Assembly (NCBI GenBank): GCA_041671745.1 | Contig: JBAZBC010000018.1 | Location: 31,905 to 95,904, forward strand | DNA from: Opitutaceae bacterium | GTDB taxonomy: Bacteria; Verrucomicrobiota; Verrucomicrobiia; Opitutales; Opitutaceae | Length of the DNA: 64,000 nucleotides | Reading direction: 5' to 3' | Part shown: positions 44,045 to 52,568 of the stretch, piece after piece | Position numbering within the stretch: position 1 is the first letter of the stretch | Layout: the number at the start of each line of letters is the position of its first letter | The notes under the pieces: generated by a model | The model's input: only the letters and a program-made list of their open reading frames with translations | What the model was told of the DNA's origin: nothing | The model's database searches: none | Position numbers and translations under genes: made by a program

Positions 44045-47000
44045 ATGAAAATATCCAAACCCAACTCGGGTTTCGCACTGCTGATAACGATCACGCTGCT
44101 GGCGTTTCTTGTCCTCCTGCTGGTTTCCCTGGCGAGTTTGACGCGCGTGGAGACCCAGGTGGCGAGCAACAACCAGCAGCTGTCGCAGGCCCGCCAGAAT
44201 GCGCTGATGGCGCTGCAGCTTTCCCTCGGCCAGTTGCAGAAACTCGCCGGCCCCGACCAGCGGGCGACTACCACGGCGGAGATCAACGCCACCGGGCAGA
44301 ACGGCACGCGTTTCTGGACGGGCGTGTGGGGCAACGGAAACACTGCGGACGATTACCAGAGCACGCCGCGGTTGTTGAACTGGCTGGTGAGCGGCAACGA
44401 GCAGATCGCGTTCACCGCCGAAACCACCGCGGCCGCCTTCGGCCAGATTTCCGCGACGGCAACACCGGACCATGTTCCCACGGAGGCGGTGGTGCTGGGC
44501 GCTGCGACGACGACCGGCGCCCTGACGACAGACGCCACGCTCAAGGCCCAGCCCGCCCGTGTGCTGATGGGGCCGGGCAGCGTGCTCGACGCGAAGGACT
44601 ACGTGCTGGCGCCGCTGGTAAACATCGAGGTGCCGGCGAGCACGGTGCCGGGCTTGAGCGGCGCGACCGCGACGACCGTGGGGCGCTATGCCTGGTGGGT
44701 GGGCGACGAAGGGGTCAAGGCGAAGCTCAACACCGTTGATCGCTGGCGGACTACGGCCTCCACCAATGCTGAGCGGTTCAACCGGCTGCTGGTGACGGAG
44801 CGCTATGGAATCGAGCAGGTTTCGACCGACATCTATTCGGCGGCAACTCCGGCGGTGTTTGGGGCCGCAGTTTACAACGAGTCCGACCAGGCGTTCCGCG
44901 AAAGCCTGGCCAAGGTTACCAATTATTCCCAAGCGGGGTTGCTTACCGGATTTTCGACGGCGGCCCCCAAGGCGGGCATTAGCCGGCGGCGGCACGACCT
45001 GAGCACCTATTCGACGGGCGTGCTGGCCGACCAGAGGCGCGGCGGACTGCGCAAGGACCTCACGGTGCTATTCGACACCAACCCGGGGGCCTGGACGGGC
45101 GCGCTCAAGACCAGTTTGGACGAGGCCAGTTACATCTATTCGGACGGCGTGCGTCGCGTGGCAGATTTCCAGAGTGGCCGGCTGTATGGCACCGCTTATT
45201 CGATGAATCCGGGCGTGGCAAAGGACGGACGTTCGCCGAAAGCCGCTACGTGGGAGCAGCTCGGTAGTTATTACCGGCTCGCGCAGACCAACACCGGCAC
45301 GACAACCGCGACGGCGCAGACCAACACGCAGATGGCGGTTTTCCCCGTGGTTCAGTGGGCGCGAATCGCGTTCGACGTGACCTGCGCGGCGGATGGGAGC
45401 GGAGGCCAGCTTCACTTCATTCCACAGGTCGCGCTCTGGAATCCCTACAACACCACGCTGCGCGGCGAATACCGCATCCGCTTCGAGTTCTCGCCGGACT
45501 GGAACGCGCCTTACACGACGCTTTCGTATCTCTATCTGGCCTCCTACGCTCTCAATCCCGACGGGACGCCGAATACGGGTGCACCGCTGGAAGTCTATCG
45601 GCGCGAGTTGTTCGCCGCTCCGCGGCCAGGCACGGGTAAATACGCCAATAACACACTCGAGTTCCTCATCGAGCTGGGCGATATCCCGGCGGGACAGGCG
45701 CGAATCTTCACGCCCAAGGTGACGTCGGGTTACAACACCAACGGCAATAACACACTGGCCAACGCCGTAAACACGACGACTTCGTTTACGCGCCCGATCG
45801 GCCATGCGTTCACTCCGACGCAGGTGAGCGACACCGCGCTGGCTTTTGCCTCAACAGGGACGGCAGGCGGATTGCTCTGTATTCATTTGTTGGATAATGC
45901 AGGCATACCGCTGCAATTGGTGGACGGCATGGGGTTGATCCCGACGGTTGCGCTCAGTTCCACCGCCGATCCCGCGTCGGCCACGCCAAAGCCGACACTT
46001 TCAAGCACTTATACCGCTTCGCTGCGCGCTTTGAGCACTCCGCGCAATCTTACCGGCGGGGTGGACTACCGGCACCACATCGGCTTCAGCTACGGCAATC
46101 ATCTCCAGGCAAACGAACAAAGGCTCAACTGGCTGGCGCAGTATAACGTGCGTGCGCCGTCCCTCGGGCGGACGTTCACCGAACTGGGCGCCGGCATAGG
46201 TTACTCAGGCAACGGGGGTGCCAACACATCCTATCAGACCAACCACTCCTCCTGGGATATCACCGAGCTTCCGTCCGATTCGAAGCGCACTTACACCGGC
46301 CCGAGATTTGACACCACCGGGCTGCCCGAGGCGGTTTTGTTCAGTCTTCCCCGGCCCGAAACCCCCGTTCTCTCGGTCGGGCAGTTGCAGCATGCGGTCA
46401 CGAGTTTCATGCCCTCGGGCCAGGAGCCGACCTATCCCCTGGGCAACGCCTATGCGTCGCCCTACATCCAGCAGGACAAACTGCTCCGGCCCAATACCGT
46501 CGCCTCGGCAACGACCGGCGCCGGCGCCGAGGCGCATCTCACCGACGTGTCCTTCCTGCTTAACCACGCGCTGTGGGACCGATTTTTCTTTTCCTCCACG
46601 CCCAACGTCACTGCGGCCCAGTTGCAGGCGCAGATCGCCGCAGGCACGCCTCCGGCCAATGCACGTATCCACTATCTGGGCACGCCGGCCGCCGCCGATG
46701 TGCGCGACTTCAGCCGCGCCGCCGCACACTTGATCGTCGACGGCGCGTTCAACGTGAACTCGACCTCGGTGGAGGCATGGACCGCGCTGTTCGCCAGCCT
46801 GCGCAATGTCGGCGTGTCGCCGGCTGACGGCAGCGCCGCCGCTCCCGTTGCGGCCAGTCCGTTTGTGCGCACACCGTTCGTGACGGGCGGGGCGGACACC
46901 GCCAGCCGGACCGACCAGTGGACCGGTTACCGCAGCCTGACCAATGAACGCGTTCTGGCCGTCGAGGTGGTGAACGAGATCCGGACGCGCGGCCCGTTCC

Positions 47001-47584
47001 TGTCCTTGGGCGATTTTGTGAACCGCCGGCTGGCCGCATATCCCGATGTGACAGGCTTGCGCGGCACCTTGCAGGCGGCGCTCGACCGGTTGAACACGCT
47101 CAACCGCCCCGTGCTGGATCAGGACAAGCCGGCGAGCTCCGTCAACGACGTGCCGACCGGTGCGGCCGAAGTCTGGACGGTGAACACGAGCAGCTACTAC
47201 CTGCAGGCGATCAAGGCGCCCCGCAGCGCTTCAAGCACTCCGGCCACCAGCAAGGCGGCGATGGCCCCGGGCTTCCTGAGCCAGGCCGATCTGTTGTCGG
47301 CGCTAGGCCCGGTGCTCTCGGCGCGCTCGGACACGTTTGTGGTGCGAGCATATGGAGAAACCGTGAACCCCTTGCTGGCCGCCGCCGATGCCGGTTACGT
47401 GACCGGTCGCGCCTGGTGCGAAGCCGTGGTGCAGCGCCTGCCGGACTACGTGGACTCGACCGGCAACGCCGCCGAAATCGCTCCCGTCACCGGCGCGACC
47501 GTGAACCTTACATCCGACAACCAGAAGTTTGGCCGCCGGTTCAAAGTGGTCTCGTTCCGCTGGCTCAGCCCCGCCGACATCTAA
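44045..47584 (+). CDS. Giant PilX/Verru_Chthon cassette protein A-like protein
   Basis: Pilin-like N-terminus 'SGFALLITITLLAFLVLLLVSLASL'; 'QARQNALMALQLSLGQLQKLAGPDQRAT', 'GRYAWWVGDEGVKAK', 'FNVNSTSVEAW', 'RGPFLSLGDFVNR', 'ARSDTFVVRAYG', 'FGRRFKVVSFRWL'. Confidence 0.8.
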   Translation: MKISKPNSGFALLITITLLAFLVLLLVSLASLTRVETQVASNNQQLSQARQNALMALQLSLGQLQKLAGPDQRATTTAEINATGQNGTRFWTGVWGNGNTADDYQSTPRLLNWLVSGNEQIAFTAETTAAAFGQISATATPDHVPTEAVVLGAATTTGALTTDATLKAQPARVLMGPGSVLDAKDYVLAPLVNIEVPASTVPGLSGATATTVGRYAWWVGDEGVKAKLNTVDRWRTTASTNAERFNRLLVTERYGIEQVSTDIYSAATPAVFGAAVYNESDQAFRESLAKVTNYSQAGLLTGFSTAAPKAGISRRRHDLSTYSTGVLADQRRGGLRKDLTVLFDTNPGAWTGALKTSLDEASYIYSDGVRRVADFQSGRLYGTAYSMNPGVAKDGRSPKAATWEQLGSYYRLAQTNTGTTTATAQTNTQMAVFPVVQWARIAFDVTCAADGSGGQLHFIPQVALWNPYNTTLRGEYRIRFEFSPDWNAPYTTLSYLYLASYALNPDGTPNTGAPLEVYRRELFAAPRPGTGKYANNTLEFLIELGDIPAGQARIFTPKVTSGYNTNGNNTLANAVNTTTSFTRPIGHAFTPTQVSDTALAFASTGTAGGLLCIHLLDNAGIPLQLVDGMGLIPTVALSSTADPASATPKPTLSSTYTASLRALSTPRNLTGGVDYRHHIGFSYGNHLQANEQRLNWLAQYNVRAPSLGRTFTELGAGIGYSGNGGANTSYQTNHSSWDITELPSDSKRTYTGPRFDTTGLPEAVLFSLPRPETPVLSVGQLQHAVTSFMPSGQEPTYPLGNAYASPYIQQDKLLRPNTVASATTGAGAEAHLTDVSFLLNHALWDRFFFSSTPNVTAAQLQAQIAAGTPPANARIHYLGTPAAADVRDFSRAAAHLIVDGAFNVNSTSVEAWTALFASLRNVGVSPADGSAAAPVAASPFVRTPFVTGGADTASRTDQWTGYRSLTNERVLAVEVVNEIRTRGPFLSLGDFVNRRLAAYPDVTGLRGTLQAALDRLNTLNRPVLDQDKPASSVNDVPTGAAEVWTVNTSSYYLQAIKAPRSASSTPATSKAAMAPGFLSQADLLSALGPVLSARSDTFVVRAYGETVNPLLAAADAGYVTGRAWCEAVVQRLPDYVDSTGNAAEIAPVTGATVNLTSDNQKFGRRFKVVSFRWLSPADI

Positions 47585-47602
47585 CCGCGCAGCCCCTACT
47601 TC

Positions 47603-48403
47603 ATGATAACTTCACGAATCTCTTTCTTGGCGCTGGGTCTGGTCCTGGCGGTGTCGACCATCATCTTGCCGGTGCGCGCGGCGGAGGCGGCCGCGCCGCA
47701 GCGGGTGACCCTGCGCGTGATCGCGATGGACGGTATGATCACCGATCTGGCGGTGCGATCCGCGACGGGGCGCGCGGCGTTGGTCGCGCGCGCCACCGCC
47801 TTCACGCCGGACATCGACGCGCTGGCGCTGGACGGATCGGTCAATTTTTATCGGAAGATCTCAGCACCGACTCCGGCTCCGTCGCCTGCGGTGGGCGGAG
47901 GCGCACCGGTGCCGGACCCGCTGGCGGCTTCATTTCAGATCGAGCCGGGCGTGGTGCGTTATCTGGTGGTCGTGCTGGCTGCGGGGCCGGTCAACCAGCG
48001 CAGTTACCGCGTGTATGCCGTGCCTGATCCCGAAGGTGCATTGCCCGCCGGCTCGGCGCGGATCGTCAACTTCACGAGTTCGGCCATGGCGGTGCAACTG
48101 GGGACCGCCACGTCGGTGGTCGGAGTTTCCGGTTCGGCCGTGCTGCCCTGCAAACCGGGCGAGGATACCCAGGTGGCGTTGCGGGTGGCAGTGTCGTCGG
48201 GGACGGACCAGTGGCAGCTGGTGAGCAGCACGCGGCTGGCGGTGCCGGCGGAGCGCCGGGTGTTGATGTTCATCACGCCGAATGCCGCGACGCAGCAGGT
48301 TGAGGGGGCACCGATCACGATCAGCGGCGGGCCGATCTCCATCAAAACCGTGTTCGATACCGTGCCGCCGCCCGCGAAGCCCGCTGTGCCGGGGCAGTTC
48401 TAG
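47603..48403 (+). CDS. Secreted hypothetical protein (beta-rich), co-oriented partner of the PilX-like giant
   Basis: Signal peptide MITSRISFLALGLVLAVSTIILPVRA; starts 18 bp after the upstream stop; 'RIVNFTS..MAVQLG' beta-sandwich-like. Confidence 0.6.
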   Translation: MITSRISFLALGLVLAVSTIILPVRAAEAAAPQRVTLRVIAMDGMITDLAVRSATGRAALVARATAFTPDIDALALDGSVNFYRKISAPTPAPSPAVGGGAPVPDPLAASFQIEPGVVRYLVVVLAAGPVNQRSYRVYAVPDPEGALPAGSARIVNFTSSAMAVQLGTATSVVGVSGSAVLPCKPGEDTQVALRVAVSSGTDQWQLVSSTRLAVPAERRVLMFITPNAATQQVEGAPITISGGPISIKTVFDTVPPPAKPAVPGQF

Positions 48404-48486
48404 TCCGTGAACTATAAAATAACCCGGGCCGGAGTGGGTGGGAAAGGGGCTCGGACGAGGTCGTTTCGGCCAAAGATTGTTGGACG

Positions 48487-51400
48487 ATGCTTCCTCGCGC
48501 TCAACTAGCCGCTGCCCCCACGAGCCGCAGCCTGCATGCCCTGCGCGCGCTTGCTGTTTTTGTTTTGTTGTCGGTTCAGGCTGATTGCGCCGAGTCGCGG
48601 ACCGATCTGGCTGTCACGCACACGCTGCCAAGGGTCACGCTGCGCGGCTTCGGTGAGCTGTCCGCTGTTTTTTGGCAGAACCCCGCGCGCGATGCCTCGC
48701 TCCTGGTCGTGACCTGCGAAAACGAGGCACGCGCCCGGCTTACCCACGCCAAGTATCTCTCCGACCTCGCGATTTTGCCCGGCCTTGAGTCGGTCCGTCT
48801 GTCCGCTGTGGAGCCCGTTATCCATGCGTGGCGGCGGAGCGGCGACGGGGCACTTTTCGCCGCCGCATGGCGCGAACGGCGCGTGGTCATCCTGGCCGCG
48901 GCGAACGAGGAGCGTCTTCGCGGCCTTCTGGCTGCGGGTGCCCCCGGACTGCGCTCCGACGATTTCGCTCCCGGCGACGAGGTGCCTATGTGGCTTGATC
49001 GCTGGGATAAGTTCGGTTTCCGCTTCTATTATCGAGCTTGGGAGCTGCCGCCCGGTGCGCGCTCTTTCGCCGACTACGACTTCGCCCGCGATTTTGACTT
49101 TGCGGAGCAGAGCGGCCGCACCGGGCTGGTTTTCTGGGCCAACGCCGAGGAGATGGACAGCGCCGAGGGCATGACCAACGAGCCGTGGTGGCGCTGGGCC
49201 TTTGACGAGGCCGCTGCTCGCCGGCTACCCGTCGGATTCAACCTCAATGTCGACGCCATCGGTCAGGGCTGGTTTTTCAATCGGCACCGCGATCAGACCT
49301 CGCTCAAAGCGCCCCAATTCTCCGGCAGCACCCACAAGATTGCCAACCCCTACTTCAACGGCTCCGGCCTGCTTTCGTGGAGCGCCACGGGTGCGCGTGA
49401 TGAGGTTCTGGGACTGCTTCAAGGCGCGCTGCGCCGCGTCGCGGACACGCCGGGGTTGGTTTCCATTCTGGAGCCGCACGGCGAACTCCGGCACGGGCAG
49501 CACGACATCCTTCTCGATTATGGGCCTGTCGCGGACGCCGGCTTGCGGCGTTTCTTGCGCCGTCGTTATGCCGCTCCCGCTGACTGGGTGGAGGCGTGGG
49601 GCCTGCCCCGTTCCTTCACATGGGCGGATGTCCGCGCGCCGGAACCGGCTTCCTTCGTCGGCTGGGGGCCGAAGGCGCTCGATCTGGCCGGCGTATGGAA
49701 AGTCGGATACGAGCCGCTGGACCGCGAGCCTGAGCCCGACTACCAAGGCGGGCGTTCCAACGATCCCGTGCCGAGCCGTGGCGCGCGAGAAGAGTGGTTT
49801 GCGGAAAAACACGACGACCGAGACTGGCCGGAGGTCGTCGCGCCGGGGCACGACCGGACCATGTTTCTTCCCTCCCGCCCCGCCGTTTACCGGCGCGAGT
49901 TCGACGTGACGTCCGCATGGCATTCGTCGCGCACCCGTGTCTGGCTCTACGTGTGGGATCTCAACACCGCGACGGGCGATACCCTGCGCGTCGCGCTCAA
50001 TGGGCGCATGGTCGGCGAGGACCGCCTGCGTCACGCCACGCCCCACTGGGGAGCCTACGAGGTGACCGGGATTCTCCGCGCCGGAAAAAACCAGCTTAGC
50101 ATCCGCCTGCCCAAGGGCGTCCTCGCCTACCGCGTCTATCTGTCGCCCGAGCCACCGCGCCAATATCCCGGCCTCGGCCGGGCAGGCAACGCGCGCTGGG
50201 TCGATTTCTCGGACTGGATCGCCGACTCGCGCGCCGACGCCGTGCGCCGCGGGCTGGAGATGATCCGTCAGGTGGATACCGTGCGACCGATCGTGCTGAT
50301 GGCACCCGAGGGCTTCGAGGACGGTGTGCGCCGCCTCGCCAAGGACTATGGCGGAGCCTTCCATAACACCGGCTACATGAGTGCGTTTTGGGCGGATCCG
50401 CTGCCCGCGCTTATGCGCGGCTCGAGACTGCCCTTTTCACTCGAACCGGGCGAACCGGCCCGCACTCTCCCCGAGTTCAAGCAACAGATCGGCCTCTACT
50501 CGACGTCCGGCGTGCAGGGCGTCGATTACTTTATCCACATCGGGGACGTGCTGTGGCGTCCCGAGCTGCGCCGCCACTTCGAGGAACAGCTCCCTTTGCT
50601 CAAGTTGCTGGGCAAATACCACGCGCCGGATGCCGAGGTCGCCGCGCTTTATGCGACGCGTAACGAACGCCTTCGCTCCTTTCCGTGGACCCGCGATTCC
50701 AATTCCAACGCCGGCTCCGGCTACTGGAGCTGTGATCCGCGCGGGGTCTTGCGCGGACTCCACGAAAGCGATGCGCTGACCGAGTCTTCCTTCGCCGAGG
50801 GCGACGCCGGTCGCTACCGTGTTGTCATCGACTCCAACACCTCGATTCTCGATGCGAGGTTGCTCGCCGAGATCGAGCGCTATGTGCGCGCCGGCGGCGT
50901 CTTCGTCACCCTGGGCCAGACCGGACGCCACGATCCTCTCTCGCCCGACTCCTGGCCAATATCCCGGCTCTCCGGTTTCGCGGTTGAAGGCATCGACTCG
51001 CTTGAGTCCGATGGGTCGCCGACGCGGGTGCGCGCCCTCCGGTCCGCGCCCGGCCAGGACGTGTTTCCCGCAGACTGGGCCGGATTTCGCGGTCACGGGC
51101 TTTCCCTCCGGGCATGCGAGTCCGACGCGATGCCGCTCCTTCTGTGGGAAGACGGCTCGGTGGCCGCAGGCGCGCGAAAACTCGGCTCGGGTTACCTCAT
51201 TCAACTTGGCTGCCGACCCGACCACGCCGAGCTGCGTCGCCTGCTCGCCCGTCTCCTTGCGTGGAGGAAAATCCCCCGCGCCGCGGGTGCATTTACGCCC
51301 GAGAATAGTGGAGTCATTCTTCGACATTACTTGTCCAACAACGGCCTGTTTGACGTGTGGGCGCTGTGGAACGAACGCTCCGATGCGAGCGTGACCGGGG

Positions 51401-52404
51401 AGCTCCGCCTCGACGAGGCGGGCGCGCGGATCGACGCAGCCTGGGATGTGGGCCGCGGGGTGGAGCTTGACGTCGCCGAGGCCCGGCTGCCTCTGACGCT
51501 CGCTCCGCTGGAAACACGGGTATTCCTGACACCGCGCGCCGCGCCCACCACCGCGCCGCTCAACTGGCTTGAGTTGCAGCGGGACTGGTGGCGGCGGTCT
51601 GTGACGGCTTCGCCGGTGCCTTTGCCCGCACCCGCCCATCGTTACTCCGTCGACCTTTCCACCGGTTGGTCGCATGATGGCGCGGTGGGAGCGAAGGGCG
51701 CGGTGGTTGACCTCGGCGTGTGGAAAACGCCCGGCGCCGTCCCCGGTGGCCGAGAAACTTTGCACAGATCCTTCACCGTGCCGGCACACTGGCCGGAGGG
51801 TGACGTCACGCTGTCCTTCATGGCTTGGAGTCCGCCGACTTTTATCGGTCGCGGCCGTGTGAGCCTGGATTCGGCGCCGCTCACCGGCTGGGGGACGGAC
51901 GGCATCATGCACGCGAATCCGTCGGGGGTGCTTCGTCCCGGCTCCACTCACATCCTGGCGCTCGAGTTGGAGAGTGCGGGGCGGTGGACGGGCACGCGCG
52001 GCACTGCGTGGCTCTGGTTGTGGGCAAAACCTGAGGCGGCACTCGACCTCGCCGGGGAATGGAGGGCGAGCAAAGATGCGCTGCGTTACGATCAGTCGAT
52101 CCGCCTGCCCGGGCCTTATGCGACGCGAATGTTTCGCCGGCGCGTGCTTGTCCCCGAGGAGCAACGCGGTCGCAATGTGATGCTCGAAGTCGAGGCCACC
52201 GGCACGCTCACCGGTGTGTTGGTCAATGGCACCTGGTTGCGCCGTCTGCACCACCACATCGGCACGCGCTTTGACCTGAACATCACGCCATGGATCAAGT
52301 TCGGTGAGGAGAACGAGATCGAGCTGGTGTGCATGCAGGGTGCCGGGAGCGGCGAGGTTCGCTTCGTCCGTCTCGGCTTCCACCGCCCCGAGCTGTATCC
52401 CTGA
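48487..52404 (+). CDS. 1305-aa multidomain clan GH-A (GH42-like) hydrolase with trimerisation-type domain and three GH2-like sugar-binding jelly rolls
   Basis: 'ILEPHGE' and 'FSLEPG' candidate catalytic Glu segments; 'LAEIERYVRAGGVFVTLGQTGRHD' GH42 trimerisation-like; repeats 'LDLAGVWKV', 'VDLSTGW', 'LDLAGEWRA'. Confidence 0.6.
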   Translation: MLPRAQLAAAPTSRSLHALRALAVFVLLSVQADCAESRTDLAVTHTLPRVTLRGFGELSAVFWQNPARDASLLVVTCENEARARLTHAKYLSDLAILPGLESVRLSAVEPVIHAWRRSGDGALFAAAWRERRVVILAAANEERLRGLLAAGAPGLRSDDFAPGDEVPMWLDRWDKFGFRFYYRAWELPPGARSFADYDFARDFDFAEQSGRTGLVFWANAEEMDSAEGMTNEPWWRWAFDEAAARRLPVGFNLNVDAIGQGWFFNRHRDQTSLKAPQFSGSTHKIANPYFNGSGLLSWSATGARDEVLGLLQGALRRVADTPGLVSILEPHGELRHGQHDILLDYGPVADAGLRRFLRRRYAAPADWVEAWGLPRSFTWADVRAPEPASFVGWGPKALDLAGVWKVGYEPLDREPEPDYQGGRSNDPVPSRGAREEWFAEKHDDRDWPEVVAPGHDRTMFLPSRPAVYRREFDVTSAWHSSRTRVWLYVWDLNTATGDTLRVALNGRMVGEDRLRHATPHWGAYEVTGILRAGKNQLSIRLPKGVLAYRVYLSPEPPRQYPGLGRAGNARWVDFSDWIADSRADAVRRGLEMIRQVDTVRPIVLMAPEGFEDGVRRLAKDYGGAFHNTGYMSAFWADPLPALMRGSRLPFSLEPGEPARTLPEFKQQIGLYSTSGVQGVDYFIHIGDVLWRPELRRHFEEQLPLLKLLGKYHAPDAEVAALYATRNERLRSFPWTRDSNSNAGSGYWSCDPRGVLRGLHESDALTESSFAEGDAGRYRVVIDSNTSILDARLLAEIERYVRAGGVFVTLGQTGRHDPLSPDSWPISRLSGFAVEGIDSLESDGSPTRVRALRSAPGQDVFPADWAGFRGHGLSLRACESDAMPLLLWEDGSVAAGARKLGSGYLIQLGCRPDHAELRRLLARLLAWRKIPRAAGAFTPENSGVILRHYLSNNGLFDVWALWNERSDASVTGELRLDEAGARIDAAWDVGRGVELDVAEARLPLTLAPLETRVFLTPRAAPTTAPLNWLELQRDWWRRSVTASPVPLPAPAHRYSVDLSTGWSHDGAVGAKGAVVDLGVWKTPGAVPGGRETLHRSFTVPAHWPEGDVTLSFMAWSPPTFIGRGRVSLDSAPLTGWGTDGIMHANPSGVLRPGSTHILALELESAGRWTGTRGTAWLWLWAKPEAALDLAGEWRASKDALRYDQSIRLPGPYATRMFRRRVLVPEEQRGRNVMLEVEATGTLTGVLVNGTWLRRLHHHIGTRFDLNITPWIKFGEENEIELVCMQGAGSGEVRFVRLGFHRPELYP

Positions 52405-52568
52405 GCCGCTCCAGCCCCGCTCAGTTATATGATCACGGGCGGAAAAGTAGGCACGGATGGAATCGCATCATTGGCGATTCTCCGGGAGGCCGGCTCAGGC
52501 AGCTTGCCCGGAGTTTATTCAGAAGACAGTGCCGGAAGCGTTTTAATTAACGGAGCTTCGCCGCAGGA

